Source: Tubulanus polymorphus
Lineage: Eukaryota; Animalia; Nemertea
Direction: 5' to 3'
NCBI RefSeq assembly: GCF_964204645.1
Contig: NC_134029.1
Location: 12,550,850 to 12,614,849, forward strand
DNA: 64,000 bases
In this document: in pieces, positions 33,368 to 44,315 of the stretch
Layout of the letters: each line of letters begins with the position of its first letter
Position numbering within the stretch: the stretch's first letter is position 1
Notes under the pieces: generated by a model
Seen by the model: only the letters and a program-made list of their open reading frames with translations
Told to the model about the DNA's origin: nothing
The model's database searches: none
Program-made: the position numbers and the translations under genes

Positions 33368-35644
33368 TCAAATAACAATTAAACTTACTACTAATTCTTT
33401 ATGCCGCTGAGAATTATATTTTTGCTTGTGCGTAATCAATTTTATCACCTGATATTCTGTTATATTATTCTTGATCATTTCTTTATCGAAAAATTCATTT
33501 GATATGTAAATATTTTCATCATTATGAATTAAAATTAGATGGCGCAATTTATTTCTAAAATATCTAGGATTAATGAAATCAATATTATATTCAGAATTAT
33601 CTTTCAATAGTTCTAAACGCTCGCATTGCTTAATTCTCATATTGTTAAGTTTCATTTTTCTTAAATAATCAGATTCTTTACGTATATCACATACATTTAT
33701 GAAATCATTAGAATTTATCTTTAAATATTCAGTATATTTTTTCATCAATTCAAAATCCATTTTATCAATTATTTCAAAATGATCGTGTGTTATCTTCTTT
33801 ACTTGGAAAATAGGTTTTTCTAATTTTGATAAAATAAAGTGTCTATCAGGGCTATGAACGCCTATTTTTAACTTTTTGATGATTTTTTCTATCAAAGACA
33901 ATTCAAAATAATTATTATTTAATACGTCTAATTGTAATGTTTTTATCAATAATTCTCTTAAATCAGTAGTAGTTTCATAAAAACCTTGATCTGTTAAAAG
34001 ATAACTGAAATAAAGATCTGTTATACATTTACATTGAGTTGAAAAACCTCTAATTTCAAAAATTGTATTATTGTCAATTCCAGATATTTTAGGAGTATAA
34101 TCATTTAATTTTACTTCAGGAATTATTTCAAGTTTTTTAAATTCTGTCTCAAACAATTCATTATCAATATCTAATTGTTGCTTTAATTCATTACAAATTT
34201 TATTTCTATTTTCATCTATATCTTCTTGTAATTGTTTAAGTTCTTTCATTTCTTCTAACTTTTTAAATTCACTTTTAGATAATAATTTTAAATCAAAATC
34301 TTCTTCAATATCAAGTGCATCTAATTTATAAAAAGCTTTAGATTTTATATTGTATCTCTTTTTTAAAGTTGTAAAACTAATTCCTGTTTCACGTAATTTA
34401 AATCTAAATATAAATTTATTCAATACTGTAAACATTGAATTAGTTGAAGATATAACAGTTGCTCCTTCAGTTTTAATATATTTTTTTGCTTCAATAATGA
34501 ATTCTGATTTATCATCATTTTGATTAATTGTTAGGTATAAACATGGGATATTCTTAATTGTAAACATTGATAAAATAAGTAAAAAGGAGGACTCTTCAAT
34601 ATTTTTACTTATCCTAGATTTATATCCTATAAATTTCCTTGCTAATAAATCACCATAATAACAGAAATAAAAGCATTTTTCAATCAAATCATAAATACAT
34701 ACAGTCTGTTGAACCTCATCAAATAATGATTTAAGTTGTAAATATGTAGGTGAATAGTAAATATTTTCTTTTTTTAAGTATTGTTTTATTTTTTCCATCA
34801 CTTTTAATCCTCTTTTAAATGAAATACTTGTTATTTCAATTCTAATCAATCCTGTTTCAATTGATTTTTCAAATGATTCTTTTAACCTCTCTTGATAGCA
34901 ATTTATGTAACTCATTAAATTTGAACCGAAATTTATATTTACACCAGGAGATTTGAATTGACATGCTGTTTTATTATAGATCTTTATTTTATCATCCTTA
35001 TGTAATGCTGAAACACAACTATTGGAAAATTCTTTTAGAACTTTATATTTTCTATTTTCGAACATTGATTTTATTTCATCTGAATTAAATGATCCTTTAA
35101 AATCTTGTGTCACATCTACATCTAATATATTGTAATTTTTTTCATTTAATAATTTTTCAATATTATCCATTTTCTGTATTAATTCATTTAAATTTTGATT
35201 GCATAATGAAATTTTAAATACAGCAATATAATCTGTTAATTTTAATTCTTGATTAATTCTACTTAATATATATGATTTTGAATTATCATCATGAATTGTT
35301 AAAACACGTGTAATTTTTATAGCTAAGTTATCCAATATAATATCTCCTTGATTAAAACATTCTTTAATTTCATAATGTGTTATCTTTCTCTGATTAATGT
35401 TTAGAAAAGTTGTTCTATTTTCTTTTATAATTTCTTTTTCTAACATGATTTTATATAGCATTATATTATCGCAAAATATATCTGATGTTTCAATTAATTC
35501 ATTATTTTCAGATTTATAATACTTATTTATATTTACTCTTGAAATATCTGCTAAATTATTGTTAACAGTTAAATAATATAATATTGAATTTATATATTTA
35601 TTACTCATGTCTTTCGCGGGAACTTTAATTAATCTTGTGCACAT
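33368..35644 (-). CDS. Intact 758-aa protein with a Rep_trans-like (rolling-circle initiator) motif set and a possible C-terminal OB-like domain
   Basis: Long intact ORF with TAAATG start. ILDVDVTQDF, IKIYNK and LIRIEIT occur in the order of the Rep_trans catalytic motifs. The ORF is solid; the function is inferred. Confidence 0.55.
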   Translation of the reverse strand: MCTRLIKVPAKDMSNKYINSILYYLTVNNNLADISRVNINKYYKSENNELIETSDIFCDNIMLYKIMLEKEIIKENRTTFLNINQRKITHYEIKECFNQGDIILDNLAIKITRVLTIHDDNSKSYILSRINQELKLTDYIAVFKISLCNQNLNELIQKMDNIEKLLNEKNYNILDVDVTQDFKGSFNSDEIKSMFENRKYKVLKEFSNSCVSALHKDDKIKIYNKTACQFKSPGVNINFGSNLMSYINCYQERLKESFEKSIETGLIRIEITSISFKRGLKVMEKIKQYLKKENIYYSPTYLQLKSLFDEVQQTVCIYDLIEKCFYFCYYGDLLARKFIGYKSRISKNIEESSFLLILSMFTIKNIPCLYLTINQNDDKSEFIIEAKKYIKTEGATVISSTNSMFTVLNKFIFRFKLRETGISFTTLKKRYNIKSKAFYKLDALDIEEDFDLKLLSKSEFKKLEEMKELKQLQEDIDENRNKICNELKQQLDIDNELFETEFKKLEIIPEVKLNDYTPKISGIDNNTIFEIRGFSTQCKCITDLYFSYLLTDQGFYETTTDLRELLIKTLQLDVLNNNYFELSLIEKIIKKLKIGVHSPDRHFILSKLEKPIFQVKKITHDHFEIIDKMDFELMKKYTEYLKINSNDFINVCDIRKESDYLRKMKLNNMRIKQCERLELLKDNSEYNIDFINPRYFRNKLRHLILIHNDENIYISNEFFDKEMIKNNITEYQVIKLITHKQKYNSQRHKELVVSLIVI

Positions 35645-35874
35645 TTATATATCAAATTTTTATCAAAATAGGTTAAAATTCAAAAAGAGTTAGAGTTCGC
35701 TGAAACCTTACGCTTTAAAATATTTTTTTACCCTTATTGGGGATTTATCTATATCGATATTACATGTTGGGCAGTAGTACTTATTTGCTTCCATTTTAAT
35801 ACTATATTTTTTATTAAAATTGATTTTAAAAGTTCAATGATTTAAATGTTATTCATATATATGAATATTTTAAG

Positions 35875-36142
35875 AGTAATAGGGGTAATAGGCTTTCGGG
35901 TTAAAGGTTGAACGGGCGGGTGAGTAAAAAATGAAAAACATAAAAATAATAACAATTTCTACTTGAATTAGGAGTGAAACTCATAAAAATGAAAAATAAA
36001 TTCGAGCGTGTGAGAATTTATTTTTCATTTTTATGAGTTTCGCGAGTAATTCAAGTAGAAATTGTTATTATTTTTATGTTTTTCATTTTTTACGAGCTCG
36101 ACCGTTCGACCTTTGATCTGAAAGCCTATTACCCCTATTACT
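35875..36142. repeat. Terminal fold-back hairpin (268 bp, near-perfect palindrome)
   Basis: Arms pair from AGTAATAGGGGTAATAGGC to GCCTATTACCCCTATTACT; loop GAGCGTGTGA. Confidence 0.9.
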
Positions 36143-36316
36143 CTTGTGGATTTGATATGTTGGTTGATTTTGTAACCATAATTTTAACTCACTATATTTT
36201 ATATCACCATTTTCTTTATCAGATTTAATTTCATCCCATAATTCTGAAACACTAGGATATGATACTTCACTTTCTGAGTTGTAATATAAATCTCTTAAAT
36301 AGTGTTCTTTTTTCAT
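36143..36316 (-). pseudogene. Integrase N-terminal stub truncated by the M4 terminus
   Basis: MKKEHYLRDLYYN...QPTYQIHK, then reads directly into AGTAATAGGGG. Confidence 0.85.
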
Positions 36317-36322
36317 CTTATT

Positions 36323-36696
36323 TTAATCCATTAATAATAATTTAGATTTAGTTTCAATGACTTTATGATTTGACTTATTTTCTGGTATAATAGGTTTATT
36401 ATCATTGGAATCATCTTTATCATCAGATTTGAATTTTGATTTATATATTACACCAGAGAATATAATAATTGTGATTAACCCAATTGTAATATATAAGTAA
36501 TTATGAGATTCAGCACAGCTGAATCTATCAGATGAATTATTATTTGAATTAATATCAGATAAAGTCTGTGACTCATGTATATCAGTTAATTTCTTTTTCT
36601 TAGCTTTTTTTAATTCTGCAGATCTTTTACCTAATTCTCTTGCCCATTTAATTTGTTTCTCGGATCTCGGATCTTCTTCTTAACGCCATCACTCAT
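36323..36696 (-). pseudogene. Third copy of the small basic TM protein, frameshifted
   Basis: Nucleotide homology to 24500-24868. Confidence 0.75.
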
Positions 36697-38572
36697 TTAT
36701 TTTAGTTAATTTTTGTTCTGATTCATTTTCTGTTTCACCGTTTGGGTGTCGTACGGCGCCATCTGTTTCATTCTTACCTGATTTATATTCCATAGGCTTG
36801 ATATTCGAAAATGTTATGACACCAGTAGAAATTAATGTCATAACCGATCCTAATTGGAATGAAGCATAACCAACCCATTTTTGTAATTCAGTCATAACTA
36901 AGTAGTCATTTTTCAAATCACTATATAATTTATTTTCATCATCAATTGACATTAACCGGTTACATAATTTAGAATAACATTTGACAATACCATCTGAAAT
37001 AGAATCATTTATTCTAGCTAATCTTGACTCATCATAAATCTTAAAATATTTTATTACTTTATCTGGTTTCATAGAGTCTAATTCTTGAAAAGTAATGATC
37101 TTAGTTAAAAATTGTTTACACTTTCCGCTAGCAATTAATAATTCAAGATGGTGATTACAATATAAGTAGTATTCATAATCAATATTACAATTAATATTAT
37201 TTTCAATTTTGGTCGGAATATCCTTATTGATCCGCAGCAAGATTTCGTAGTAGCTAAAAAAATGTTTGTAATGTTGATTTCCTGAATGCGTTGGTGGTTA
37301 TTAATGGTTTCAGACAACAAACGAAGTAAGATGTAGTAAGCAGGTTGTTGTTTGATGCTTTGATCTATCAGCGCTGACCATAAATCAGCCTGGTGTAAAA
37401 ATAATTCTTTCTCGGTTCTTCTGCTGCGTTATCTGGCAAACATTCAGAAATCTTTTTATAAACTTAAGAATAGACGGAACCGTATTTGGTCGGAACAATG
37501 GGTTGCATTAGTTATGCGGCTGGTGGAAGAATCACGCTGTTACTTCATGATACTCCCGACTACTTTCTATAAAAAGAAAAACGGAAGTATGGGGAGACAT
37601 TTTTGCTTTATCCCGTATCGTAATCAAATTTATTTAGTATAATAGTTATAGTATGATTTTAAGAAAGATAATGGATCATAATGAAGTTCCGAATCAAAAG
37701 TATTTATAATGATTCAAAAAGAAATAATCAGTGGTACCGTAATTTGAGATAAATACTAAGTTTCGAAAATATATTTAATTTGAATATCCCAGATGTTAAT
37801 TGAGAACAAAGTCTCTATAATCGCTAAAGTTTTAAGAAAATTAATTTGTGTTAAATGATAATACTAGCTCTCTAAAGTTTCTCTTGTTGTATACGTCTGT
37901 TGATAACTCGCAGAGAATAGCTGTTTTCTCAACGATGATAAGCAAGGAGTGAGTAAATCATTCCGCGTCATGACAGGAGGGTTGGAAGGAAAAAGTTAGT
38001 TCAGCAAATCAGTTTTGAAAATAATTTTAGATCAGCGAATCATTACAGCTAAATTCTATATGACAAAAAACAGTCATGACCGTTACGTTGCTGCTCCTTG
38101 CCAAAAGTCGAGTGGGAGAGTCGGTATTTTAAGAATGCCGATTCTTTCTATAAAAGGGACCCGCATCTTGAGAGAGCAGACACTCGGTAGACACTCGGGA
38201 GACACTCAAAAGACACTCGTAGATACTTGTTAAAAGCTGGTCTTGGACTTGATTCAGGATGGGTTACCAACAGTAGATTGCAATAGGAGGTTAGAGCTAG
38301 GATCTGGATTGTGTTAAACTGGAGAGCTGTGTTTAAAAATATTAAGGTAAATAAATTCATCTTGTATTGTTATATCCATTCAAAATTTCCGGTATTCTAG
38401 TTTTACTTGGGTTTGTGCGCGGACACGTTCTCTCGCCAGGGACCGATTATTGCTTTTATTAATTAACGACTAAGGAGAGGATTGTGACCGGCGTATCATT
38501 ATTATCACTAATGCCAAAATCATCTAATGTTTTTTCAATGTCGGTATTATTCTTATTCGATTTCTTTGACAT
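36689..38572 (-). pseudogene. Third copy of the ~200-aa conserved gene, split by a solo LTR
   Basis: 5' piece 38499-38572 and 3' piece 36689-37227 match 24861-25463. Confidence 0.8.
37228..38498. mobile_element. Solo LTR (1271 bp), probably Ty3/Gypsy
   Basis: TGATCCGC...GCGTATCA ends; 4-bp TSD TTAT (37224-37227 and 38499-38502); TATAAAA and AATAAA on the + strand. Confidence 0.75.
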
Positions 38573-38816
38573 TTATATTAGAGAAAAAAGCGAGAAAAAA
38601 AATATTATAAGTATTATAAAATGATACTAGATAGTTAAGGTTAAAGAATTCTAGTATTAGTTATTGTTTTTTTAGTATTTTTTATTTGTGATATAAAGTA
38701 TTCTCCTTTTGAAAAGAAATGCAAAAGAAAATATTAGAAATTAAAATACATGTAGAAATAATGGATAGTTGAAGGTATGTAATTTTTATTATATTTTATT
38801 TGAGATATATTAATCT

Positions 38817-39494
38817 TTAACCACTTCTTAAAGACTCAACGTATTGTTCATTATTTGGATCATTATTCCATTGATTAATAAATTTCTTTGCCTTTGTTAA
38901 CTGGTCTAAATATAACTGTAAATCTAGTTTGTCATGTTTGATTTTATTTTCTTTCTTTTCAAGAGGTCTTAGATTCTTCCAATTCCAAATTAGTTTTTTA
39001 TTGTATTCATCCTTCATGTTAAATTTAGATAAAGGCAGCACATGATCAATATGAAAATAACTGCCATAATTATTTATATTCATTTTATCATCGAATTGAA
39101 ATATTATCCATGATTTTAGAAATTCATCTGAACAACCCAATAAACTAGATAGTGTTTCTGAGTGTTTGCCTTTACTAAATAAATTTGATAATCTAATTCT
39201 CAAACATTTTTTCAATTTAAAATTAAAATCTGTTTGATATCTGTCTTTATGATATTTATTTTGATACTCATTATAATGTTTTCTATTATTTTCTCGATAT
39301 TGTTTATCTTTTTCTTTACATTTTTCAGTATTATTTATATAATATTTTTTACTATGTTGCTTTTGACAGCTTTTACAACTAACTTGCTTACCATCTTTAG
39401 AATATTTATCTTTATAATATTCTGATAATGATTTATTTATTTTACACTTCAAACATTTCTTATTGTTTATATTGATAGTTTGTGTACTTTTCAT
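38817..39494 (-). CDS. HNH-family endonuclease with zinc ribbon (intact)
   Basis: CLKC, CKSC and HIDHVLP...NLRPL...N..K motifs; paralog of 25673-26344. Confidence 0.75.
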   Translation of the reverse strand: MKSTQTININNKKCLKCKINKSLSEYYKDKYSKDGKQVSCKSCQKQHSKKYYINNTEKCKEKDKQYRENNRKHYNEYQNKYHKDRYQTDFNFKLKKCLRIRLSNLFSKGKHSETLSSLLGCSDEFLKSWIIFQFDDKMNINNYGSYFHIDHVLPLSKFNMKDEYNKKLIWNWKNLRPLEKKENKIKHDKLDLQLYLDQLTKAKKFINQWNNDPNNEQYVESLRSG

Positions 39495-39629
39495 TTATAT
39501 ATCAAATTTTTATTAAAATTGATTAACATTTTAGAATCCTCTTCCATTTCTTCGACTAACGTCATCCTTTTTCATTCCTCGCTGCTTTGATAAGTCGTTT
39601 CGATTCCTTGATATCTAAATCATACCAGT

Positions 39630-39860
39630 TACAATATCCGTGTCGCATGCGGATATCAATGTCCGATTTTGCTTAATACGCATGCGCTAATCATAATTAT
39701 ATATTTATTATGCAAATAGAAACAACCGAACACAGAAAATTCAAACGCATTCGTATTAAGCAAATGCAGACATCAATGTCCGGTTTTGCTTAATACGCAT
39801 GCGCAATTCATAATTATATATTTATTATGCAAATAGAAACAACCGAACACAGAAAATTCA
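39630..39860. repeat. Two ~118-bp units homologous to the 26480 palindromic array
   Basis: TTTTGCTTAATACGCATGCGC...AATAGAAACAACCGAACACAGAAAAT occurs twice. Confidence 0.8.
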
Positions 39861-40645
39861 CCAAGCAGATTTACAAAATACATTTACAAGTATGTTCGGT
39901 CGTTTCATCCAATACATCATTTGATTTCTATATATAAAATCTATAATTACAAACATTTTTTCAATTTCCGGTAAATATTTAACTACATCAACAAATTTTA
40001 AACTTAATCATTGGAATTTTTGGAGTAAGTCTAAATGTTTTTGAAATTCTTATATAGTTTCTTCGTCGATCTTTTGTTATTCTTGTGGTTCTACGCCAAT
40101 TTCTATTGGTTCGATATCCATTGCTGTCGATTCCTCAGAAAGAGTATCTTGAGTTTCTCTATCGCTTCTTGATGCGTGTGACATTTTATTAATCTAAAAG
40201 ATATTAGTGGTAACTCTAATTATCTAAAAGATATACTAAATACACTTAAATATATTTAAAGGTTTCATATTTAGTAGCCCCAATAACAACAAAAACAGTA
40301 CTTACATTTAGATTTAGAACTGTAAACCTTAACTCCGAATTGTGTTTCGATAGATAAATCCTAAACGTTCTGTATACACCATCTATTCAGTCCGGGCGCG
40401 CCTTCCAGAATGATCTTATGCGTCTGCGGTTTTATATACTCAACAGGCGCCGTGTGTCACTATGGCAACTATAGCAACAGGTGTTTTTGTAAAAATAAGA
40501 GACATGTATTAGGCCTATATTATATTTATTTTACATGTTGAACAGTAGTACTTCTTATTTGCTTACATTTTAATATCAAATTTTTTATTAAAATTGATTT
40601 TAGAAGTTATTCATATATTTTATTCATATATATGAATATTTTAAG

Positions 40646-40797
40646 AGTAATAGGGATAATGGGGTTTCAGGTTAAAGGTTGACGGGGCGAATGAGTAAAA
40701 AATGAAAAATAAATTCGAGCGTGCGAGAATTTATTTTTCATTTTTTATGAGCTCGACCGTTCGACCTTTGGCCTGAACCCCCATTATCCCTATTACT
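40646..40797. repeat. Terminal fold-back hairpin (152 bp)
   Basis: AGTAATAGGGATAATGGGG pairs with CCCCATTATCCCTATTACT; loop GAGCGTGCGA. Confidence 0.9.
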
Positions 40798-41820
40798 ACT
40801 ACAAACACGCAGGAAATGGTTCGATGTTAAAGATAATATTTCTGTAGGCGACTTGGTGATAATCCTGGATGATAAGAGTCCATCGCTGTGAATGGCCAAT
40901 GGCGCGTATCCTGGCAGTGTTCCCCGGAGCTGATGGGTTAGTCCGTCGCGTCAAAGTGAAAACTGGGAAAGGTGAATATGACCGAGCAATTAGTAAATAC
41001 GTTCGCCTCGAATCAACTTAAAGCGTTCGTGCAATGGAAGTACGATTTAATCCGTAGGACATACCCCTAAATTTGTCCGCGTTTTAGTAGTTACCTTTCG
41101 TTTTCGTAGGATTTATAATTAAAATAATTCATTTGATTAAACGATATAGTTCTGTTTAAATTGGTGGGTAATGTAATGTGTGTATGTATAGTTTAGTTAT
41201 TTCAGTTCTGATCTGAATTTTAAGTCGACTCGCCTTGTATACAGATTTAGAAATTCTGACGTATGTATTTTCACGCTTTGTGAGTTTAAAGCTTAGTTGA
41301 GGTACAAAAGTCGAAATGTGCGCTTTTTGGGTGTCAGTCCATTCTGTAAGTCGGCAGGACGAGTGTCGTTCGCTCTGGAATAAATCTTTGCAGGAATAAT
41401 GTGTTGTTAATTTTGTAATGTATCTAGGCGTTTGTCGACTTTTTGTGTAAATTTCTGTCAAGATTCAAGGATTTGAAAGCTCGTAGTTTACATTTTTGCA
41501 GCCAATTTCAGGATAAGTTTCGACTTATTTCTCTTTATAATTTGTCAACATTTATTTGCTGTAAGAGCGCTTAAATTTATCGTCTTTTCCGCATACTTCA
41601 TAAACTTGAAACTTGTTCATTTATATATGAATTTCGTAGCTAGTTTGCATATTAATTAAGCATGTTGATTATGGCTTGTAAGCCCTGGAGTATTTGCGTA
41701 AACTTAGTATGTTTACAATTTGTATTTTGTAGAAACCGTGTATCATCGTCGAATTAAAACTGAATATATCTAAACACGCGTTTACTCTGTTCCTTACGTC
41801 TCGTTTCGACCATCCAATAT
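40798..41820 (+). mobile_element. 3' fragment of a BEL/Pao LTR retrotransposon
   Basis: Reads LQTRRKWFDVKDNISVGDLVIILDD...WPMARILAVFPGADGLVRRVKVKT (BEL integrase C-terminal domain), followed by non-coding LTR-like DNA. Confidence 0.8.
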
Positions 41821-43140
41821 AGAGATAGTGATTTAATACTTTCTAAAAGTTACAATGATTTGATTAACTTAAGAATTGAAAACAGACAATTATATTATTT
41901 AAATTTTGATAATAAACAAATTATCTATAATGAAAATTCATCAAATATTGGTATTCAATGTGATTTAGATAGTGAAAAATCATTTAAAGATATTGCAGTT
42001 CAATGTAATTTAGATGGTGAATTTAGAAAATTCAATCCTAATGAAAATGTATTGTTATTGCGGGGGCAAATATTTAAAATCACATAAATCAAAGCATTAT
42101 CAGACAATTAAACATACCAATTATGAAAGGAATAATAATTCTATATTGAAATAAGATTAAGCTGTATGAGTAATTCAATATAAGATATTTCAAATTACTT
42201 ATTGGAATGGTTATACATACATTTATATCAACTGCTCACTAGAGCAGTAACATGTTCAGCAGTAACGTGTATTCAACTGTGTTTAACTGTATTAAACTGT
42301 ATTTAATTGCATTACATCTGTACGTCATGCTCAGTACACATCATGTGATATTTCACTATACATATCGATATGTAAAGGGTAGAGGGGAGTCACTTTGAGA
42401 ACTACTTAAATGTCAACACCGAGTCCTACTGCTAGTCACTTCTTTCTGGAGAAAAGGTATTGACATAATGGTCCCTCGAGCCGAGAAAGAGATCAAAACT
42501 TCTTAGAAGAAGCCAGAGAATCAGAGAACAATGGCGGAGAATTCAGCTACCGAAAAATCAGGAGCTGGTGTACAACTTTCGACGTTCAGCAAACAGAAGA
42601 GTTGTGAACGCTCTTACCTCTGCATGTGATACAGCTATCAGGGAACACGACTTACTAAAGGCTAGTATTAATTTGAACAATCTCAAACGCAAATTCAGCC
42701 AGTTAGAGATAATTGATGCCCATTTATTAGACGAGATCCATTCTGATAATGAAATAGAACAATTTATTTTGGAAGCTGAAGATTATTTGAACAATTTGAA
42801 TCCTCAGTGAATATAAAAGGCGCTGGAAAGGTGAATACTCGTTAAATTTGCGCGAATATCAGAAATGTAAGGGAGTACGGAATTAGTCAAAAAGGCTTTG
42901 GTTTCAGGTTTATTTTCATTTTCAGTTTACTCATTAAAACAGACGTTAGAATTCTATGATAACTGCAAAATTAGATACGCCGAATTAAAAGATAATATCA
43001 ATTATATTTCAGATAGATTGAATAATATTAAATACTGTGAAATATGTAATAAGAAGTATAAAGATAAAAAATCATTAAGGAATCATTGGTATATTCACGA
43101 GCTAAATGAAAAATTATATAATTCAAATGAAGCAATAAGT
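41821..43140 (+). pseudogene. Inverted copy of the 44316-44897 gene region, interrupted by an LTR-element fragment
   Basis: 41860-42040 and 42900-43137 match the two ends of the 180-aa ORF. Confidence 0.8.
42050..42899 (+). mobile_element. 5' fragment of a BEL/Pao element (LTR remnant, PBS, gag start)
   Basis: TGGTCCCTCGAGCCG near 42469 resembles a tRNA-Tyr PBS and is followed by a helical gag-like frame (LEIIDAHLLD...IEQFILEAEDY). Confidence 0.6.
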
Positions 43141-43528
43141 TAAATAAGTAAGTATTAGATAAAGTAACTTATTGTTTTTTTATTTAAATCTTTTTGATTT
43201 CTATTCACGCTATTGGTTAAAAAGAATTGACTAGATTTAAAAAGAAATTAAATAAATTTAACTGCTAATATTATTCTTGTATTATCCTAGTCAAATGTAA
43301 AGAATTACAATATCATATTCGAATAAATTAAAAAAGGTTCTTAATTACTTCTGTGACTTAAATTTCAGAAATAAAGCATAATTTGTATTTAATACGTATC
43401 TTATACGTATTTGATACGTATTTAATACATTAATACCTAAAACCCTCCTTTTTAGTTAACTAATATTTTATATTTTCAGCCAATTTAATTCAATTCAGTC
43501 TATTGCTTAATTTGAATTATATAATTTA

Positions 43529-44277
43529 TCAACCACTTAATGAAGATTCAATGTATTGTTCATTTTTTGGATCATTGTTAATGTTCCATAATTCAATAAA
43601 TTTCTTTGCTTTATCCAGTTGATCCAAATACAGCTGTAAATCTAGTTTATTAAATCAAATATAATTTTCTACTTTTTCTAAAGGCCTTAGATTCTTCCAA
43701 TTCCATATCAATTTATGGTTGTATTCATCATTCATGTTAAATTTAGATACCGGTAAAACATGATCTATTTGAAAATAATCTCCATAATTATCTATATTCA
43801 TTTCATCATCGAATTGATAAACAATCCGGGATTTTAGAAATTCATCTGAACAACCCAACAAATTAGATAGTGTTTCCGAGTGTTTATCTTTACCGAACTT
43901 TTTTGATAATCTAGATCTTAAACGTTGTTTCAATTTGAAATAAAGATCTGTTCTACACCTTTCTTTATGATAATTATTTTGATACTCATTATAATGTTCT
44001 CTATTATTATCCCTCCATTCTGTCTTATATTCTGCTATATAATCTGGGTGATTTTCTCTCCATTGTTTATTCAATTCTTTACATTTTCTGGATTATTTGC
44101 TTGATATTGTTTAGTATTTAGTTTACTACAAGTTTTGCAATTATGTTGTAAACCATCTTTGCTAATATTACGTTTAAAATAATCTGTAAATGGCTTATTT
44201 ATTTTATAATTAGAACATGTCTTCTGATATATATTAACAACAATATGCGTAATATTTATAGTTTGTGGCTGTTCCAT
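43529..44277 (-). pseudogene. HNH endonuclease, frameshifted, flanked by 22-bp direct repeats
   Basis: ORFs 44071-44277 and 43655-44074 plus a tail QYIESSLSG* ending at 43529. CTTAATTTGAATTATATAATTT at 43506-43527 and 44315-44336. Confidence 0.8.
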
Positions 44278-44315
44278 TTATTATAGATATTTCTATTAAA
44301 ATATCATTAAAAAAC

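Larger units (their letters stand above)
32940..36142. mobile_element. Right end of element M4 carrying the 758-aa ORF; terminus abuts an integrase gene of another copy
   Basis: Hairpin terminus ends ATTACT at 36142. 32950-33160 is homologous to 44520-44670. Confidence 0.7.
36143..40797. mobile_element. Maverick-like right arm M5 (integrase 5' stub, two conserved genes, HNH, palindromic repeats, hairpin end)
   Basis: Collinear with 24320-26700 and continues to a hairpin terminus. Confidence 0.85.

Noticed and set aside
40792-40800. Canonical AGTAGT Maverick terminus (ATTACTACT)
   Set aside because: The extra ACT fits the flanking BEL frame (CTA CAA ACA = LQT) and the other four ends stop at ATTACT, so AGTAAT was taken as the end.
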